The notes beneath the pieces were generated by a model. That model did no database searches. It was not told where the DNA came from and worked only from the letters and a program-made list of their open reading frames with translations. A stretch of 59,554 nt of DNA, the filler included, from Streblomastix strix (Eukaryota), in NCBI GenBank assembly GCA_008636045.1. It is 2 parts of 2 records of this genome, joined end to end, with 100 filler letters (N's around TTAATTAATTAA, not from the genome) between each part and the next. Parts side by side here need not be neighbours in the genome. Positions count along the whole stretch, not along the records: positions 29,891 to 59,554 come from SNRW01000098.1; 1 more part is not named here. The stretch is one strand, 5' to 3'. Positions 43,191-59,554 of the stretch are shown in pieces (position 1 is the first letter of the stretch; the number at the start of each line of letters is the position of its first letter). The position numbers and the translations under genes were made by a program.

Positions 43191-45018
43191 TAAATTTCAG
43201 AATAATTATTGCATTAATATGCATCGAATTATTTCATAAATATTAGTTATTAATTTAACATCCGCTTTTAATTTTGGTAAATATTTTTTAAAATTATATT
43301 CCAAAATATTCAATTAATTTAAAAATTTAAATAAATTTTTGCTGCGATTGCAAATAGTAATCAAATGTCTTCATTTAATAATCATATATATTTTAAGCTT
43401 AGATAATTTTTGTTAAATTATTTAATTTACAATATCGTCAAAACAGTTTATGAAATAACATTTATTTGTTTCTATATTACCATTAAAAATTAACATGAGA
43501 TATTCTTAAATGTATATTACGTAATTTTGTATCAAATTATTAAATCTAAATCAATATTAATTTAAATTTTAGAGTCGTTTAATTAAATTAAGATTTTACC
43601 CTCGCTGTGAAGTAATTGTGGAGCATAACTTCCAATTACATACATGATAATGTGCGAGATACTACATACTTTGCCCAGTTTGACAAGAACGAGTCTTAAT
43701 TGCAACGTCTCTTTAATTATTTTTCATTTTTAGAAATTTTGTTACAAAATTCATGCTAAGATTTTTTATATTCACATTTTCTATGCAAAGAACAATATAA
43801 TAGATGAATATGAGGGACAACGAGATGAATAGGAGTTAGATCTTCATTAAGACGATATTCTTCTAACTTACATATTTCCAATCTTTCATCATCAAATAAA
43901 TTTAACAGAGAAGAAATTAATAATAATATTTAACTTTCAACTTTGAATTTTCAATTACAGTTGTTCTTTGATACATAAATAAATAACCTTAGGTTATAAT
44001 TTTTAAAAAAAAGTTTCTGTTCTTATAGATACGTCTCATATTAAAGAATTTGAATTATATTTGAACTTATCTCCGCAAATGTCTTTCGGATTCAAAACAA
44101 TTTCAGGTTTTATAATAGTTTCGTATTATTCTTTTTTAAAATGAATCTGAAAAAATTTATTATTTCATAATAAAAAACGTCAAAATTTTGAATTATCATC
44201 AAATTTTTATTAAATAATTAAATTTATATATTAATTTTTTAATTATTTAAATAATTAATTTTTAAAATTTCAAATTAAAAAAATAACAACTTTCGCATTT
44301 GATACGGAAATGCAGCATTTGCCAATTTAAGCTTCACTAAATTATAATTTAATCTATATAAATTAAATTAGATTAAAATGTAAGTTAGAAGGTCATTTTT
44401 TAGTATAAAAAATAAACTTAATTTTCTTTGATGCTTCTCCATTGCAAGATGTGATGATAACTTATTCAGTTATAATATATTTATACAGTAGCAGAGAATG
44501 ATTAGTATTAAATTAATTAATTTAATTTAATTAAATGATTTATTTATATACCTTTTGAATTTTCCTTGGAAAGCAAAATATCTTTAACAATTTTACCTTT
44601 TTCCTTCTTTTCTAATTCTTAAATACTATATCTCAACAATAAATCATCAATATATACGTCGATTCCATTCTGATCTAATATTTTAAAATATGCATTTTTT
44701 TGAAAAAATATATAAATTTTTATAAATATAAATTAAGAATATTTATTTAGTAGAATTATATTATTTTTTTTAAAATATTTTTAAATTTAAATTGATTTTT
44801 ATAAAAAATATATTAATGTAAAAAGCAAATAATTTGGATAATTCAAAGTGAATGAGCTGATACAACAAACACTATGTTTAAAATCTAATAGCTCTATATC
44901 TACAATTTATAATGACAATTCGTAAAAATTATTGTCGAAATCATGTTCAAATTCTGGTTGCTGAATAATTATACCTCGATTGCTTCGAACCATTTCGCCT
45001 CGAAGCCTTTAAATGTTA

Positions 45019-45308
45019 CTAGAGGTAGGCCAGCTGCAAATGCGGCAAAATAAACAAAATTAAAATAATTCAAATTATATTTATACAAATTTAAAAATGA
45101 TCATTGTAATATGGCAAATAAAAATTTTTTTTTGCTATCCGCCTCATATTTGAATTTTCAAAAAGTATGAAAGTCGAGACAAACAATATCATTACAATGA
45201 ATTTTAATTATTATTACATATATATTTTTATATTTCACAGAGAATAAAATCAGTCAAATGTCTATTGAGTAATTTAAAATCAGTCATCCGTCTTTTTATA
45301 TATTATAA
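45019..45308 (-). mobile_element. 290-bp non-autonomous mini-Helitron related to the element at 31794-37746
   Basis: The minus strand starts A|TTATAATATATAAAAAGACGGATG and aligns over ~160 bp with 31794-31957. It ends GTTTATTTTGCCGCATTTGCAGCTGGCCTACCTCTAG|T, matching the 3' end at 37711-37746. Confidence 0.85.
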
Positions 45309-46145
45309 TTAACAGTAAAATTCTAATTCTCTAGTTAGATATTTTGGAATTCTTTAAAATCATAGCATCAAATTTGAAATATGGACAGGAAACAATTTAA
45401 AAATAAAAAAAATTAACTTTTTTAAGTTAGTGCTTCTGTTGAATCTCGATTACTATTTTAAGTTTCATCTTTCTTCTATTCGGAATTCAGATTATTCAGA
45501 GCCTATATTAAATTGGCAATATATTTGGAAATAACTATGAAAATTATTGAAACAGAGTAAATTTAAATAAAATTTTCATTTCAAAATTTATTATTATATC
45601 ATTAAAAAATTATATGTATTCAGTATCATATTTTGAATCAAATTATAGTTAATAATGAAATTCAACGCATTTCATAGTGTGATAGCTTAAGAAAGGCTCG
45701 ATTGCAATTTCATCACCAACTGTGGAATGCCAAATTTATTGGATTTTTGTATATTTTCTTCAGATAAAAAATTTATGAAAAATTAATAATACATTAATGA
45801 AAATGAAAACTACAAATTTGAATATTTATCTTGATTTGAATCAATGAAGATTTATTAATCTCTAATTATTCAAAATAGCAGTTGATTTGGCAATTGAAAG
45901 GAAAATCATCATAAATAATTAATTTTAAAAAGAAAAAAATGCAAACAAAATATTTATAATAAAAAAAATAATTTATAACATATTTTGTAACTAAAAATTA
46001 AATTTTCTAACTACTAAAATGATCATTAATTATTATATAATTTTAAAAATATTATAAAATTTAGCAATAAATTGAATGTTATTATATAATTAAAAAAATT
46101 TACAAAAATTTATTTGAATAAATATACATCTACCTTTTTAGAATG

Positions 46146-46217
46146 GAAAACTTTGATAATCGAAGTTTTTTAATCAAAAACTTTGATAATCGAAGAGTTT
46201 TAATCAATAACTTTGAT
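46146..46217 (+). repeat. 30-bp tandem repeat, ~2.4 copies
   Basis: AAAACTTTGATAATCGAAG..TTTTAATCA repeated. Confidence 0.8.
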
Positions 46218-46674
46218 TCTGCTATGCGGACACAATTATGTTAAATTATTGTTTAAAGCAATATAATTAAATTGATAAATCAAAAAATTAAATTGAATTT
46301 CACAGAAAAGCTTGAATATTCTTACTAAGTTGGAATAATTTCCCGAGTTATTTTTTTTTATGTAACTTTCTGAATTATTGACATTTTTCAAACAATTTTA
46401 ATTTATCATTCCGGAGTTATTTTATACAAACTAATTTCCTTTCATATTAAGTATTCAATCTGGTAATTCGCAGGTTTAAAGATTGTCTTTTATTTTGCTA
46501 ATTTGCGCTTGTTTCAATTTTATTTTATTATTAAAATGCTATTATTTCATTTTACGTATTATTTATTAAAATTTTACTATTGAATTCTACTTTTGACACG
46601 ATATAAAGTTCTTTTTAAAATTTTTTTTTTCATTTTACCATTTTTTCTTCATAGATCGTGTTTAGTTGTTCAAC

Positions 46675-49267
46675 ATGGCAAATATTGCTAGTTAAGGCTT
46701 ATCTAACATGTAATCATTAAATCTACAGAGCCCTAAACCTGCTGATGAGGTTTGAGAGCTTTTCAGTTTTTTTTATTTTATTTATTTATTTTTCAACAGG
46801 CAAAAGATATAATAAATGAAATCAGAGTTTTAATTGGACAAATAAATGAGCATGAAAAAGATTTGGTATTTATGAAGAGACTCCTTCATCTCATCGTCAA
46901 AGCGTACACTTCACACCTTGATGAGATGAACGAGATTACTTAATCCACACCTCTTGTCGACTAATTGCTCCACACCCTAAGAAATTTGACCCCAAAAGAA
47001 GAAAATGTTTGATTTTTATACATTATTTAGTCCTATACATTAATATAAATCTTTTTACACTCAGGAACAAGTTATCATAGCTGCAGTACTTTGTTCAGTG
47101 GGTGCACTTGATCAACTGAAGCAGATGGTATTTCTTGCTCATAGAGAAGGTCGCACATGTGGAGGGGACTTCATTATATGGGGCGATGTCAATATAAAGA
47201 CTGAAGATCAACTCCAAACAAAAGAACAGACTAAACAGATTGTCATTCAGAAGAGACAGAAAAATTAAGCAGAGATCAATAGTTTGTTTCAGAATGAGAC
47301 AAATGTGAAAGATACATATGCAAAAGATAAATAAGGAATGGTTAATAAGCAGTCGTAAATATAATAAGAATATGCATTACATTAAGAGAAAAATGATGAG
47401 AATCAAATAAAAGAATAAAAGATGTAAGAATCGGAATCGTCTGACAATGAATAAGATAAAAATTAGAAAATGCAATCAATGCTTGAATAGCTATAAAGCA
47501 AAATTTCCTAATCTAATGAACTGAAAAAGGACATCCAAGCCAAATAAGCCGAAAAAGAACAGTTGAATAATCAGAGCAACAAACTGGAGAAAGAAGTAAG
47601 CGAATTCAAAGGTGCTTTAGTTCATAAGAAAAATGTAGGTGAAGTAATTTATTTTAGTTCAAAAGATAAAGAAGAATAAAAAGAATAATAAAAAGACAAG
47701 GACCGCAAAAAGAAGCATAAAATCAACGAGAAGAATTCTGACATGCAGAATCTTGATGATGAAGATTACGAGGATGTGATTGCAACTGGAGCTGAATCAG
47801 ATGGAAATGAAAAGGAAACTCGGAAATTGAGAAAAGAATCTGAGAAAGAAAAAAAGAAAGAATCAGAAAAAGAAAAAGAAAAATTGAAGGATAAAGAAAA
47901 GTAAATAAAGAAAGAAAAACTTAATGAGAAATAAATGGATAAATAATAATAAGAAAAAGATAAAGCAAAGAAAATAAAAGATGATTAAGACGTTGAAAAG
48001 GAACAAGAAAAAGAAAAAGAGAAAGAAAAATATTAGCAAAATTAAGTTGAAGAAGAGAAAATGGAAGAGGTAATTCCTTTGAAGACAAAACTGCTGAAGT
48101 AAATTGTTGAAAAGGGTTCATATCGAATCAACAATGAGTATTTCAATTCAGAGAATTCCAGAAGTATGTTTTTTTATTATTTATTTCGAATGAATTGAAT
48201 AATTTTTCTATATAATTAATAAATCTATATGTTTATGTTTTATATATAATTCTATCATTGTTTATATTCATATAGGAGTTGGAATAATTGCTGATGGAGA
48301 CGAAGTATTGAACAACATTCCAGTTCCTGGGAAGAACTTCAGAGCCATCACTTATGATGAGAAAGGGTTTGAATAAGATTATATTTGAGATATAATGAAT
48401 AGCATTTATTTTTGTATATATTTAAATAAATATTGATTTTATTTTCATACAATTAATATATATTATTATATTATTATTACATTATAATTATATATTATTT
48501 AGAGGTGTAATTAGATTGGGTTGGCTTGAAGTATTCAGATGGGTTCCAACTCAAAAGAAACACAGGTATTACACAATAGAATATTATTTATATATTATTA
48601 TTACATATATATACCATTATTACATATATAATTAATTAAATGCATATATACATTTATTACATATATAACTAATAAGGACAACTATAGAACTTGATCTTAG
48701 AGATGAAGTCCCATATGGAACACTTCGCTTGTTCCACGAGACAGATGAGAGCCCAATTCTCTTCATTAATGTTCCAAAGAGAGTAAAAGTCTATGTATGA
48801 CTATATTATATTATATATATATGAATATATTAATGAATGAATATATATGAATGAATATATTAATGAATGAATAAATGAATATAAATATGAAAGAAAAATA
48901 ATGAAACAAATAGAAAACAATTACATTATTATTTATGATATCTTATATAAAATATACGAATGATTAAAATATTAATTAATTTTGTTTGTTTATATTTCCA
49001 GTTTGCATATGACAATCAGCCGACCACCAAATTTGATCCTTAACTCTTTAAGATGCCAAAACCAACTGAGAAGAAGTTTGATAAAAATAGAAATAGAAAT
49101 ACAATTGATATACATTATTAAATTTATTAATATAATATTAGTAATTTTCTATTCGTAATTTTTTATTGATTTGTTTATCATCAATATATCCATTTTCTTT
49201 TAGATACAAGAATGGCGAATATGAAAAAGTGATTGACTACAACATGGATATATCCAAACTTAATTGA
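46675..49267 (+). CDS. Multi-exon hypothetical protein: helical N-terminus, K/E/Q coiled-coil, C-terminal SPRY-like beta domain
   Basis: ATG 46675 (MANIASQGLSNM); GT-AG introns; a charged coiled-coil; then VGIIADG...IELDLRDEVPYGTLRLF...ILFINVPKRVKVY; TGA 49265-49267. Confidence 0.7.
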
Positions 49268-49857
49268 TTATTAAAAACTGAATCAATTTAAATGAATAAA
49301 AGTAGATTATGAGGTCTTTATTTATTTATTTTGAGATAAATTTATATGTATAGATATATCTATTGCATTTTGGGGTCAAATCACACTATATACCCATTTA
49401 TCTTAGGAGATTCATTTACTACGTTTTATTGTAAGAAAATATATTTTTTTTCTATTTTAACTTTTTAAGTATTCATATTGATCTAGCACTTTAGCATTTT
49501 AAACTATTTTAACTAGCAACGTAATTATATTTTTTTGCAAATTTAATTTTTTCCTCTAAATATTGTTATAATACGTTCCTATTCTTTAAATGATACTTTT
49601 AATTATTCTTCTTCTAAATATTAATATAATAAACAGTTAAAATTGATCTTTTTGTTATTTAACTAGTCTGATCATATCAAGCACTAAAGATCGAGAAAGA
49701 TATAAAAAATAATTGAAATCAATAAAAATAATAATTTACAGAATGATTGTGAAGTAAAATTAAACTAGTGATTAAATTTATTAAAAGAGGATAAAATAAT
49801 ATGAATTGTGTTGAAACAAAACACTCCCAGTCTTATTGTTAATATCAAACTGCTTAA

Positions 49858-52800
49858 TCATTCAGGCTGGTATTCGTGATGTGAGATTTTATTTATTCTG
49901 AAATTGTTTTCTACATATTTATTTGTCCTTATTGTTTGTTTAAATATAAATTCTCATCCATATTTATAATATCATTCATTTTTTTAGATCATATTAACCT
50001 TACTTTATATATATGTACCTGAATCAACTCCTTATTGTTGGCCAACTTCGTTGAAATTGTCTGGTTCGTTTTTCCTGAAAAAATAAATAAATAAAAATTG
50101 AATATAAAAAACATCAATATATAATTAATACACATTAATTCAAGCATACTTCAGAACAAAAGGAGGAGATTCGAATCTTGGTGGAATATTGCCTATTTCA
50201 TCAGAGCTACTCTACATACTGATTTGGATTTGCTCTATTTCCTGGTTGAGATATAATATTAGTATTTATATTAATATTAATATGAAGAATATGAGATGAA
50301 TTTATTTAGAAAATATGTGAATAAAAAATAAGATGAATGAAAAAAAATATTATTATAAAAAAATGAGATATATAAAAATAATATTTTTTTAGGTAAAATC
50401 ATTTAAAATCATTCCATAATATATTAATAAATAAATAAAAACATTCATACTTAATAAGCAGAATCTTTTTCCCACTGTTTGTTATTCTCATTTGATTCAA
50501 TAGTGACATCCGATTCCAATTTTTACTTATTTATTTCATTTCCTTCTAAAGAACCTTCAGCATCTTTTTTATTCTTATTCTTATTCGTATTCCTATTAAT
50601 TTTGCTTTATTCACTTTTATGTTCTGATTATCCTGAAGTTTCAGATTATTTTTCTTTGTTTTCAATGTTTTACTTATTTTTATCTTTTTTACTTTTATTC
50701 TTTTCAACGATCTTAACCAACTTATTATCGCCAATATTTTAGTTATTATCTTCTATTGAAGGAACTGATGATGATTCTAAACTGATATTTAGCTTCTTTT
50801 CAGTTGATGTGATAGTTGAAGATGTTTCAGATAATTCATATGATGATTAAGATTGAAATGAAGAAGAAGAATTTCCTACTGATCCACTTCCATCTGATTC
50901 ACTGTATGCATCTTGTATCGATCTGGATGTTTATTTCCTCTATTTATATTATTATTCAGTTATATCTGTGCTTTATTCTCCAATCATTGAAGAATCTCCA
51001 CTTTTTAAAGTATTTAATTTTTTAGGTCTTTTTGTATTATCACTGTTTTCTTCTTCACTTTCTCTGTATTATTCATCATCACTATTGGATCCTTTTTAGT
51101 GATGAACTTTGCTGGCTTTCTTGGATGTACTGAATTGGTTTATTATATAAGAATAATATAATATAATATAATAAAATGAATGAGAGAATAAATAATATGA
51201 TAATGTAAATCAAATTATAATTATTATAAATTTAAAAACCTTTTTGATTTCTTCTTATTCTACAATTTCCCTTTTTCTTTCTATTCCTATAATAATATTT
51301 CTTTCTTCTTCTTCTTTTCATTCTTCTTATCAACTTCATTCATAGCTTCCTAACTCTACATACTCTTTGAATCATCAGTCTTTTATGAGAAGTATTCTCT
51401 GCTTTGATAATTCTTCTTACGATTTCGACGTTCGTCTCTTTTTGTGTATAAATTCTCTTAATCTTTTTTATTGCTGGATTTCTTTTATTTGTTTTTCTGA
51501 TTAGTTTCTGCTTTGGTTTATTTTTCTTTTTATTTCAATTTTCTTTCTTTCTTATCAATATCTTTTTCATGATCATTATTTTTCACTTATTATTTATTCT
51601 CCTTTTAAAAGATCTCTTTTATCTGTTGTTCAATCTGATCCTAACTTTATAATTCAGATGATATAGCATCTCCTGTTTGTTATTCCATGTCTCTATATAC
51701 AACTTATCCTTAACTGCTAATCTGACTAAATTCGTCTTCGGAAATCGAATCACTGCTTTGCTTTATTTATGAACTTTAAGTCTTCTAATTGTTCGGGTCT
51801 AACTTCTAAATGCTTCTTTTCCTATTCTAATTGTTTCCATATACCATTTCACCAATAAAATCTTAAGTTAATTCAATTGATTCATATGAAACTGACATTT
51901 CTCTTTCTTAAACATTGTTATTCGTTTATTTGTCAGAAGTTTATTACTGTTTATATTTATCTGGTTATTAATCTTCATTGTTCTTATGACTGTCTAAATA
52001 TAATACAAGGCAAATGATGACGATTACAAGTATGATTGAAAGAATTAATGGAATTCCAACTGATAAACCAATAATTACTCCTGTTGAAAGTCCAGATGAA
52101 ACATCAACAGGTTCTTCTTCTGTTGGAGATTCTTATATTTAATCAAAATTCAAGGATGCATTAATCCATTCAGATTAACTTCCTTTTAAATATTCAACAA
52201 CTCTCAAAGTGTATTTTGATTCAGTTTATGCATCTGAGAATGAAGAACTTGGAAGTTCAAGAGAGAATTTGTCAAAACTTTCCCATTATGCACCTGCAGC
52301 ATTTGATGAGGATTCATTCAGATTCTGAGATAAAATCGTTTAACTATATTGATTTCTGACTTCAAGGAATAATATTCGATCACATGGATTCAGATTATTT
52401 CCAATTACAGTTGCTTTAACTGTCTTTGATCCTGATTCATCTGATTTAATTGTGATGCTTCCTGAAGTAGCTTATGGCGCAAGACGACCATGAATCAGAA
52501 TTCCTGGTGTTCGGATGTATGAATTACAATCTTTAAATGAGTCTGCAAATACCCAAGTCTCTTAATTTTAGATGAAACTTGGAAGCGCATTGGAATTGAT
52601 TTCAACTGATGTAATAATTTGAGATCCACTTGCATCGATTCCATAACAAACAACATGAGTTTACATTCCAGAAAGTGATGATCCAACTCTTTCTCCGTTT
52701 GAAACAAGTGAGCTGTTTGAATTCACAGATAATTGTGCTCCACCACAAACATAGATTCCAGTTCCTTCAGATTCTCTTATTGTTGTTCCAATCAATGCAA

Positions 52801-54586
52801 CATTACCTGATGATGCTACAATTAGTGGTGCATAATTCAACTTGCAAATATCATCGATTCCTTTTCCACTCCATTTCTAAGCAAATGAGCCATTCCCACT
52901 GATAATACTATCTGTTAGACTCAGAATTCCAGGAATTGAGCTGATTTCTCCATATTTCCCAGATTCTGGAACAACAGATACAATTGGAACTTCTTCAGCA
53001 CCAGTAAATGAACGAATCCTGGTGACTTGAATGGAATCGAGATTGAGTTCTCCTCCATTTGTAACTCGGAAGAGAGAATCATTTGGTTTAGTGACAATTT
53101 CTGGAATGAAAGTGATGTGGTTTGATGAAATTTTGTGGCTATTACCTTAGAAAGTGACTTTTAGACCTATTATTAATAAATATAATAAAATAATGACTAA
53201 TTAAATAAACAAAAATATTCCATTTCTCATAAAATATAACATTTTATATACAAACCATCAGTTCTCAGATCATTTTCAGAAAAATCTCCTTCAATTTCAA
53301 TCAATCTTTTAAATCTGATTAATTCATTAACTGAATCTTGTCCTCTAATAACAATCATTGCACAAGTAAGACTTCTAATTGATTATATGTAATCATCATC
53401 ATATTCAGTGCAACTAACTTAACCACTGTTTGAATTCACTTTTAATGAAGCATAGCTTTCAGGAAGGTTTATATATCTTGGATTAGTTGATCCAAACTCG
53501 TAAATGATGATTGGTTTGATTAATGGTACAAAAGAGTTATTTGTAATTATTGGACTAACAGATCTAAAAGTATAGTTCTATGAAAGATAGATCATTATTT
53601 CATAATCAAATACATTTTCTGGGATTGATTTAACGTTGTTGAATTTGTTGTTTTCAAATTTGAAAAGTTGTGGTTTTGCATCAATGAGTTTCACGACTGC
53701 ATTTACGTTCTCTAATGACGCTAAGTGAATATTATTCTGGAATGTCGATCCTTTGATGGATAATATTGGATTTAAAACAGATTCATCATCAATTGAAATA
53801 TCCTTGAATTGAACATAGATTAGTTATGCATTTGGAGAATCAGAATAAGTATCTTCAATAGTCGTGTTTTCAATTGAGACTATTGAATCTGAACTGAGAG
53901 AGTTTATATGAAATAGAATATGATCATATTCTTATCCAGTCTTTCTAATATTCTTGATATGTGAGTTAGTAATTGTGAATTCAATCACTTTTTCAATAAT
54001 GAATAATGGTTTTAATCCGGTTTTATATTCCCCATCAATTGTCACTTTGTCCAGATGAACTGCACCATTACGCACAATAATCAATGCTCCATTATTTATT
54101 GGAGAAGATCCTTAATTTCTTACAATCTTAACATTTATTAATTCAAGCATGCTCAAAGGCATATCAAGTCGGATTTCGAAATCGGAAATATCAAATGTAA
54201 GATTTTGAAGGAAAAGTTAATCAGTTTCGATTATACTTGAGTCTCCTGTTAGTTTCAAAACTGTATTTTCAACACCCACTATTGCAAGTTCTGTCGGCTA
54301 TTGCCTACTTGGCGCTATCAAATAAATATAAATAAATAATAATAATAAATATTAGATAAAAAATAAAAATAAAACATACGATCAAAGCCATAGTTATTTA
54401 AGATATCTAAGTATGTTTCGTGTATATCTCCATCAAGTTTGATTTATAATTTAAATAAATTTAAATATGTCATAATCACATTGGCAATTGTATCACAGGC
54501 TGTATTTGGACTTTGGCATTTGTTACTGCTTAATCCATTTTTACTAACGTAGAAAACAGGTGCATCATCAGGCCAGTTTGGAACAC
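49858..54586 (-). CDS. Large single-pass membrane surface protein with a parallel beta-helix/pectin-lyase-like ectodomain and long acidic/Q-rich cytoplasmic tail; first exon not located
   Basis: N-terminal VFYVSKNGLSSNKCQSPNTACDTI motif, beta-rich repeats (SIENTTIED, IKGSTFQNNI, FENNKFNNV) and TM GFSTGVIIGLSVGIPLILSIILVIVIICLVLYL (~52000-52095). Several introns; TGA 49858-49860. Confidence 0.75.
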
Positions 54587-55377
54587 CTAAGTTATAAAAA
54601 TAAATAAATATAAGTAAATATAATAAATTCAATTCTTATAAATTATAAAGTTGGTTAGATGAGCAGAAAAATGAAATAAAAGTAATTATTTTTGTTTCTG
54701 TTTATAAATGAATTTTAAAAATGTGAAATCCATGAAATGTAAGGCCAATAAAATTTAAATATGAAATTATCGAAAAAAAAGTGTTATAAATGTTAAATAT
54801 TAAGAAAATAACGATTCTAATTTTTCTATCAAGTTTGCTGTTTATCACTCACGTTTAATAAATAAAAACAATATTTTTTATCATAATGTATGAATACCTA
54901 ATGTTTAACTAAGCGCAAAGGTCGCAACGAGGAGTGCAAGCGAAGCTAACATTTGACCAAAAACTCAATCACGAAGTCTCAAATTATGATATCAAATTAA
55001 TATTTTCATACTATTACATTTAGTCATTATAAATCTCATTCAAAAATCTGCATATTTCAAATTATAATTATTTCTTAATTGCTCGTTCAAAATTATTTTA
55101 TTATTTCACTTCTCACCAAAGCTACAAATAATAAAATTTAATATTATCATTTTTTTTTACCACTCCTGTATGTGAGGCACTTAATTTTTTATAAATCACA
55201 TCATAAATATAACGTTATCTTTCCAACAAAAAGAAAGATTATTTTCCTTAAAATACACATTTTTACGGTCTTCTCGCATATTTTGGGCAACTAATGGCCT
55301 ACTTTTTATTCTTTATCTTATAATTATCTTATTTTTATAAATTATTTTTTTCTTTATTATAAAAGAATCCGGATAGA

Positions 55378-56058
55378 ATGCAATCAAAATAAAAAATCGA
55401 AGATTTAGCGAGAGCCATTATTTCCTTCGCTGATTCATACACAAATATGAAAGGAAGAAAATAAAATGAATAATCAGAATCAGAACCAAAACCATCTCTT
55501 ATGGATGTTACTTCTTCTCTTTAATCCCTTTCAAAACAAATCTATATTGATCCCTGTAAATCATTAATTCAGATTCCAAAGCTTCTACAATCACTCGTTG
55601 CACTTTCCAGATTCAAAGTTGGCACTCACATTGATTCTGATGAGGATCGATAGAGAGTGCAAATGAGAAGTAACAGTAGAGATTGTCTTAGATTGATTCA
55701 ATTCTATGGTGATGAATAAGCACAATAAGAGCTTATTAATATTGGATTTGGAAAAGTGATGTCCATTACATTTAGTACAGCTGGAGGAAAAGGCGAGGAG
55801 CAAGATGAGGAGATATATTATGGATTATAAAACATCTTTAATTTCCTCTTAGAACTTCGCAAAGGTCGAAATGGTTAGCATTCATCCTTCCAACCTCTTC
55901 CATTACTTGCTCGAATATTTATTGAACAAATGGAAGAAGAAGGAGCAAATGAAGAAATAGAAGTACAAATGAAGAATAATAAAATTTCTGGTAGTATCAA
56001 GCGTGAGGCAAACAAAGCCAAAGCAACAGCACTGAACCGTTTCATTCATTGGTGGTGA
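55378..56058 (+). CDS. Hypothetical protein of an expanded lineage-specific helical (ARM-like) family, 226 aa
   Basis: Intronless under table 6. Motifs IPKLLQSLVAL, STAGGKGEEQDEEI and QPLPLLAR..EQMEEEGANEEI, which I recall as typical of a large Streblomastix family. Confidence 0.8.
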
Positions 56059-56160
56059 ATATGACCAGTTTTGCATGTTTAGTTTTTTACATTTTCACAT
56101 TTTTGAGTAATTGTTATTCATTTCATACTAATTAGTAATTTTTTTGATTGGTTACTTAAT

Positions 56161-56430
56161 GATAATACTGAAATAAGAAATGTTTTATTTTACATCAGTG
56201 AATTAATAATAGATCTTCATAATGGGAGAAAGTTTCATCCAATTGAACCATAACCAATACTTGCTTAGTTGGCAAATGAACAAATTGAAGAAGAAGGTGT
56301 TTTAGAAGAAGTTGAAGGCCATTTGATTAATAAAGAAAAAGTATTAGGAGTTGATATCAAGTTTAACGCAGGAAAAACTAAATGTATTTTGTTGAATTTC
56401 TTTCATGGGTAGAGTAATGCAGAACTTTAA
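56161..56430 (+). pseudogene. Partial divergent paralogue of the C-terminal half of the 55378-56058 gene
   Basis: EIRNVLFYISELIIDLHNGR...EPQPILAQLANEQIEEEGVLEEVEGHL...IKFNAGKTKCILLNFF aligns with the upstream gene's C-terminus; no start codon. Confidence 0.65.
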
Positions 56431-56990
56431 TTGTAAGGACGAATTTCATTCATTTTGATCTAACAAATATAATATGTAGTAAGTAATTAATAATATTGTC
56501 GAATTGATTAAATATGTATATCCATAAAATCCAAATTTGCTTGTGAATATAAATAATATCATTTATTTAGTCGCATATTTTACATAATTACCAAATATAT
56601 TCTGCATCTTCGTTACAAAACAACTTGAAGCTTAAAATCATCCTTGCACAAAGCACCTGAAGTGAATATCTTGAAGATCATTCAAATTGAATAATTACAA
56701 TATATTTTAAATTATGTTACATTATTTTAGACGCAAATTATCACAATTTTAAGCTAATATTACAGATTTTAATTTTTTACAGAAATTTATGTACAGGGCA
56801 TGCATTATATTTTATAGCCCTGAGTAACCAATAAAATTTATTATTTGAATGCTGCAAAAGCAACATTATGTATTTCATAATACAAATTATTTAACCTCTG
56901 TTCATATCCAAATCACTTTAAAAAAATTTCCAAAAAATTCACTTTTTTGCATTATCCATAATTAATTTTTTTATTGTTTATATTTAATAG

Positions 56991-59554
<2,564 letters not shown>

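Noticed and set aside
43783..44130. Possible coding fragment
   Set aside because: No consistent frame or motif; with only one stop codon, open frames of this size arise by chance.
46146..46217. 30-bp repeats as a possible CRISPR array
   Set aside because: Head-to-tail tandem copies without spacers; an ordinary minisatellite.

Overview
This is AT-rich eukaryotic (protist) genomic DNA with short GT-AG spliceosomal introns and a non-standard genetic code: TAA/TAG = Gln and only TGA is a stop (table 6). The supplied standard-code ORF track therefore shatters the real genes. The code and gene families suggest an oxymonad, most likely Streblomastix strix (inference from recognition, not a search). 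Two contigs are joined by an artificial N44-TTAATTAATTAA-N44 linker at 29791-29890. The left contig holds an ARM/HEAT-like pseudogene hit by MITEs, a decayed Polinton/Maverick-like relic (AEP primase, rve integrase, pPolB N-terminus), an unusual 2xRRM-NEK-like kinase-SPRY-like fusion gene, and a complete axonemal inner-arm dynein heavy chain (DNAH10-like, ~4890 aa). The right contig holds a coiled-coil repeat pseudogene and a full-length decayed Helitron with both termini, a nested hAT-like MITE and a 290-bp non-autonomous sibling. It also holds a SUN-domain gene, a GC-rich retroelement relic carrying a variant hammerhead-ribozyme-like motif directly before a gag-like ORF, a large type I membrane surface protein and several lineage-specific hypothetical genes. 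All translations and alignments were done by eye; no database searches were run.
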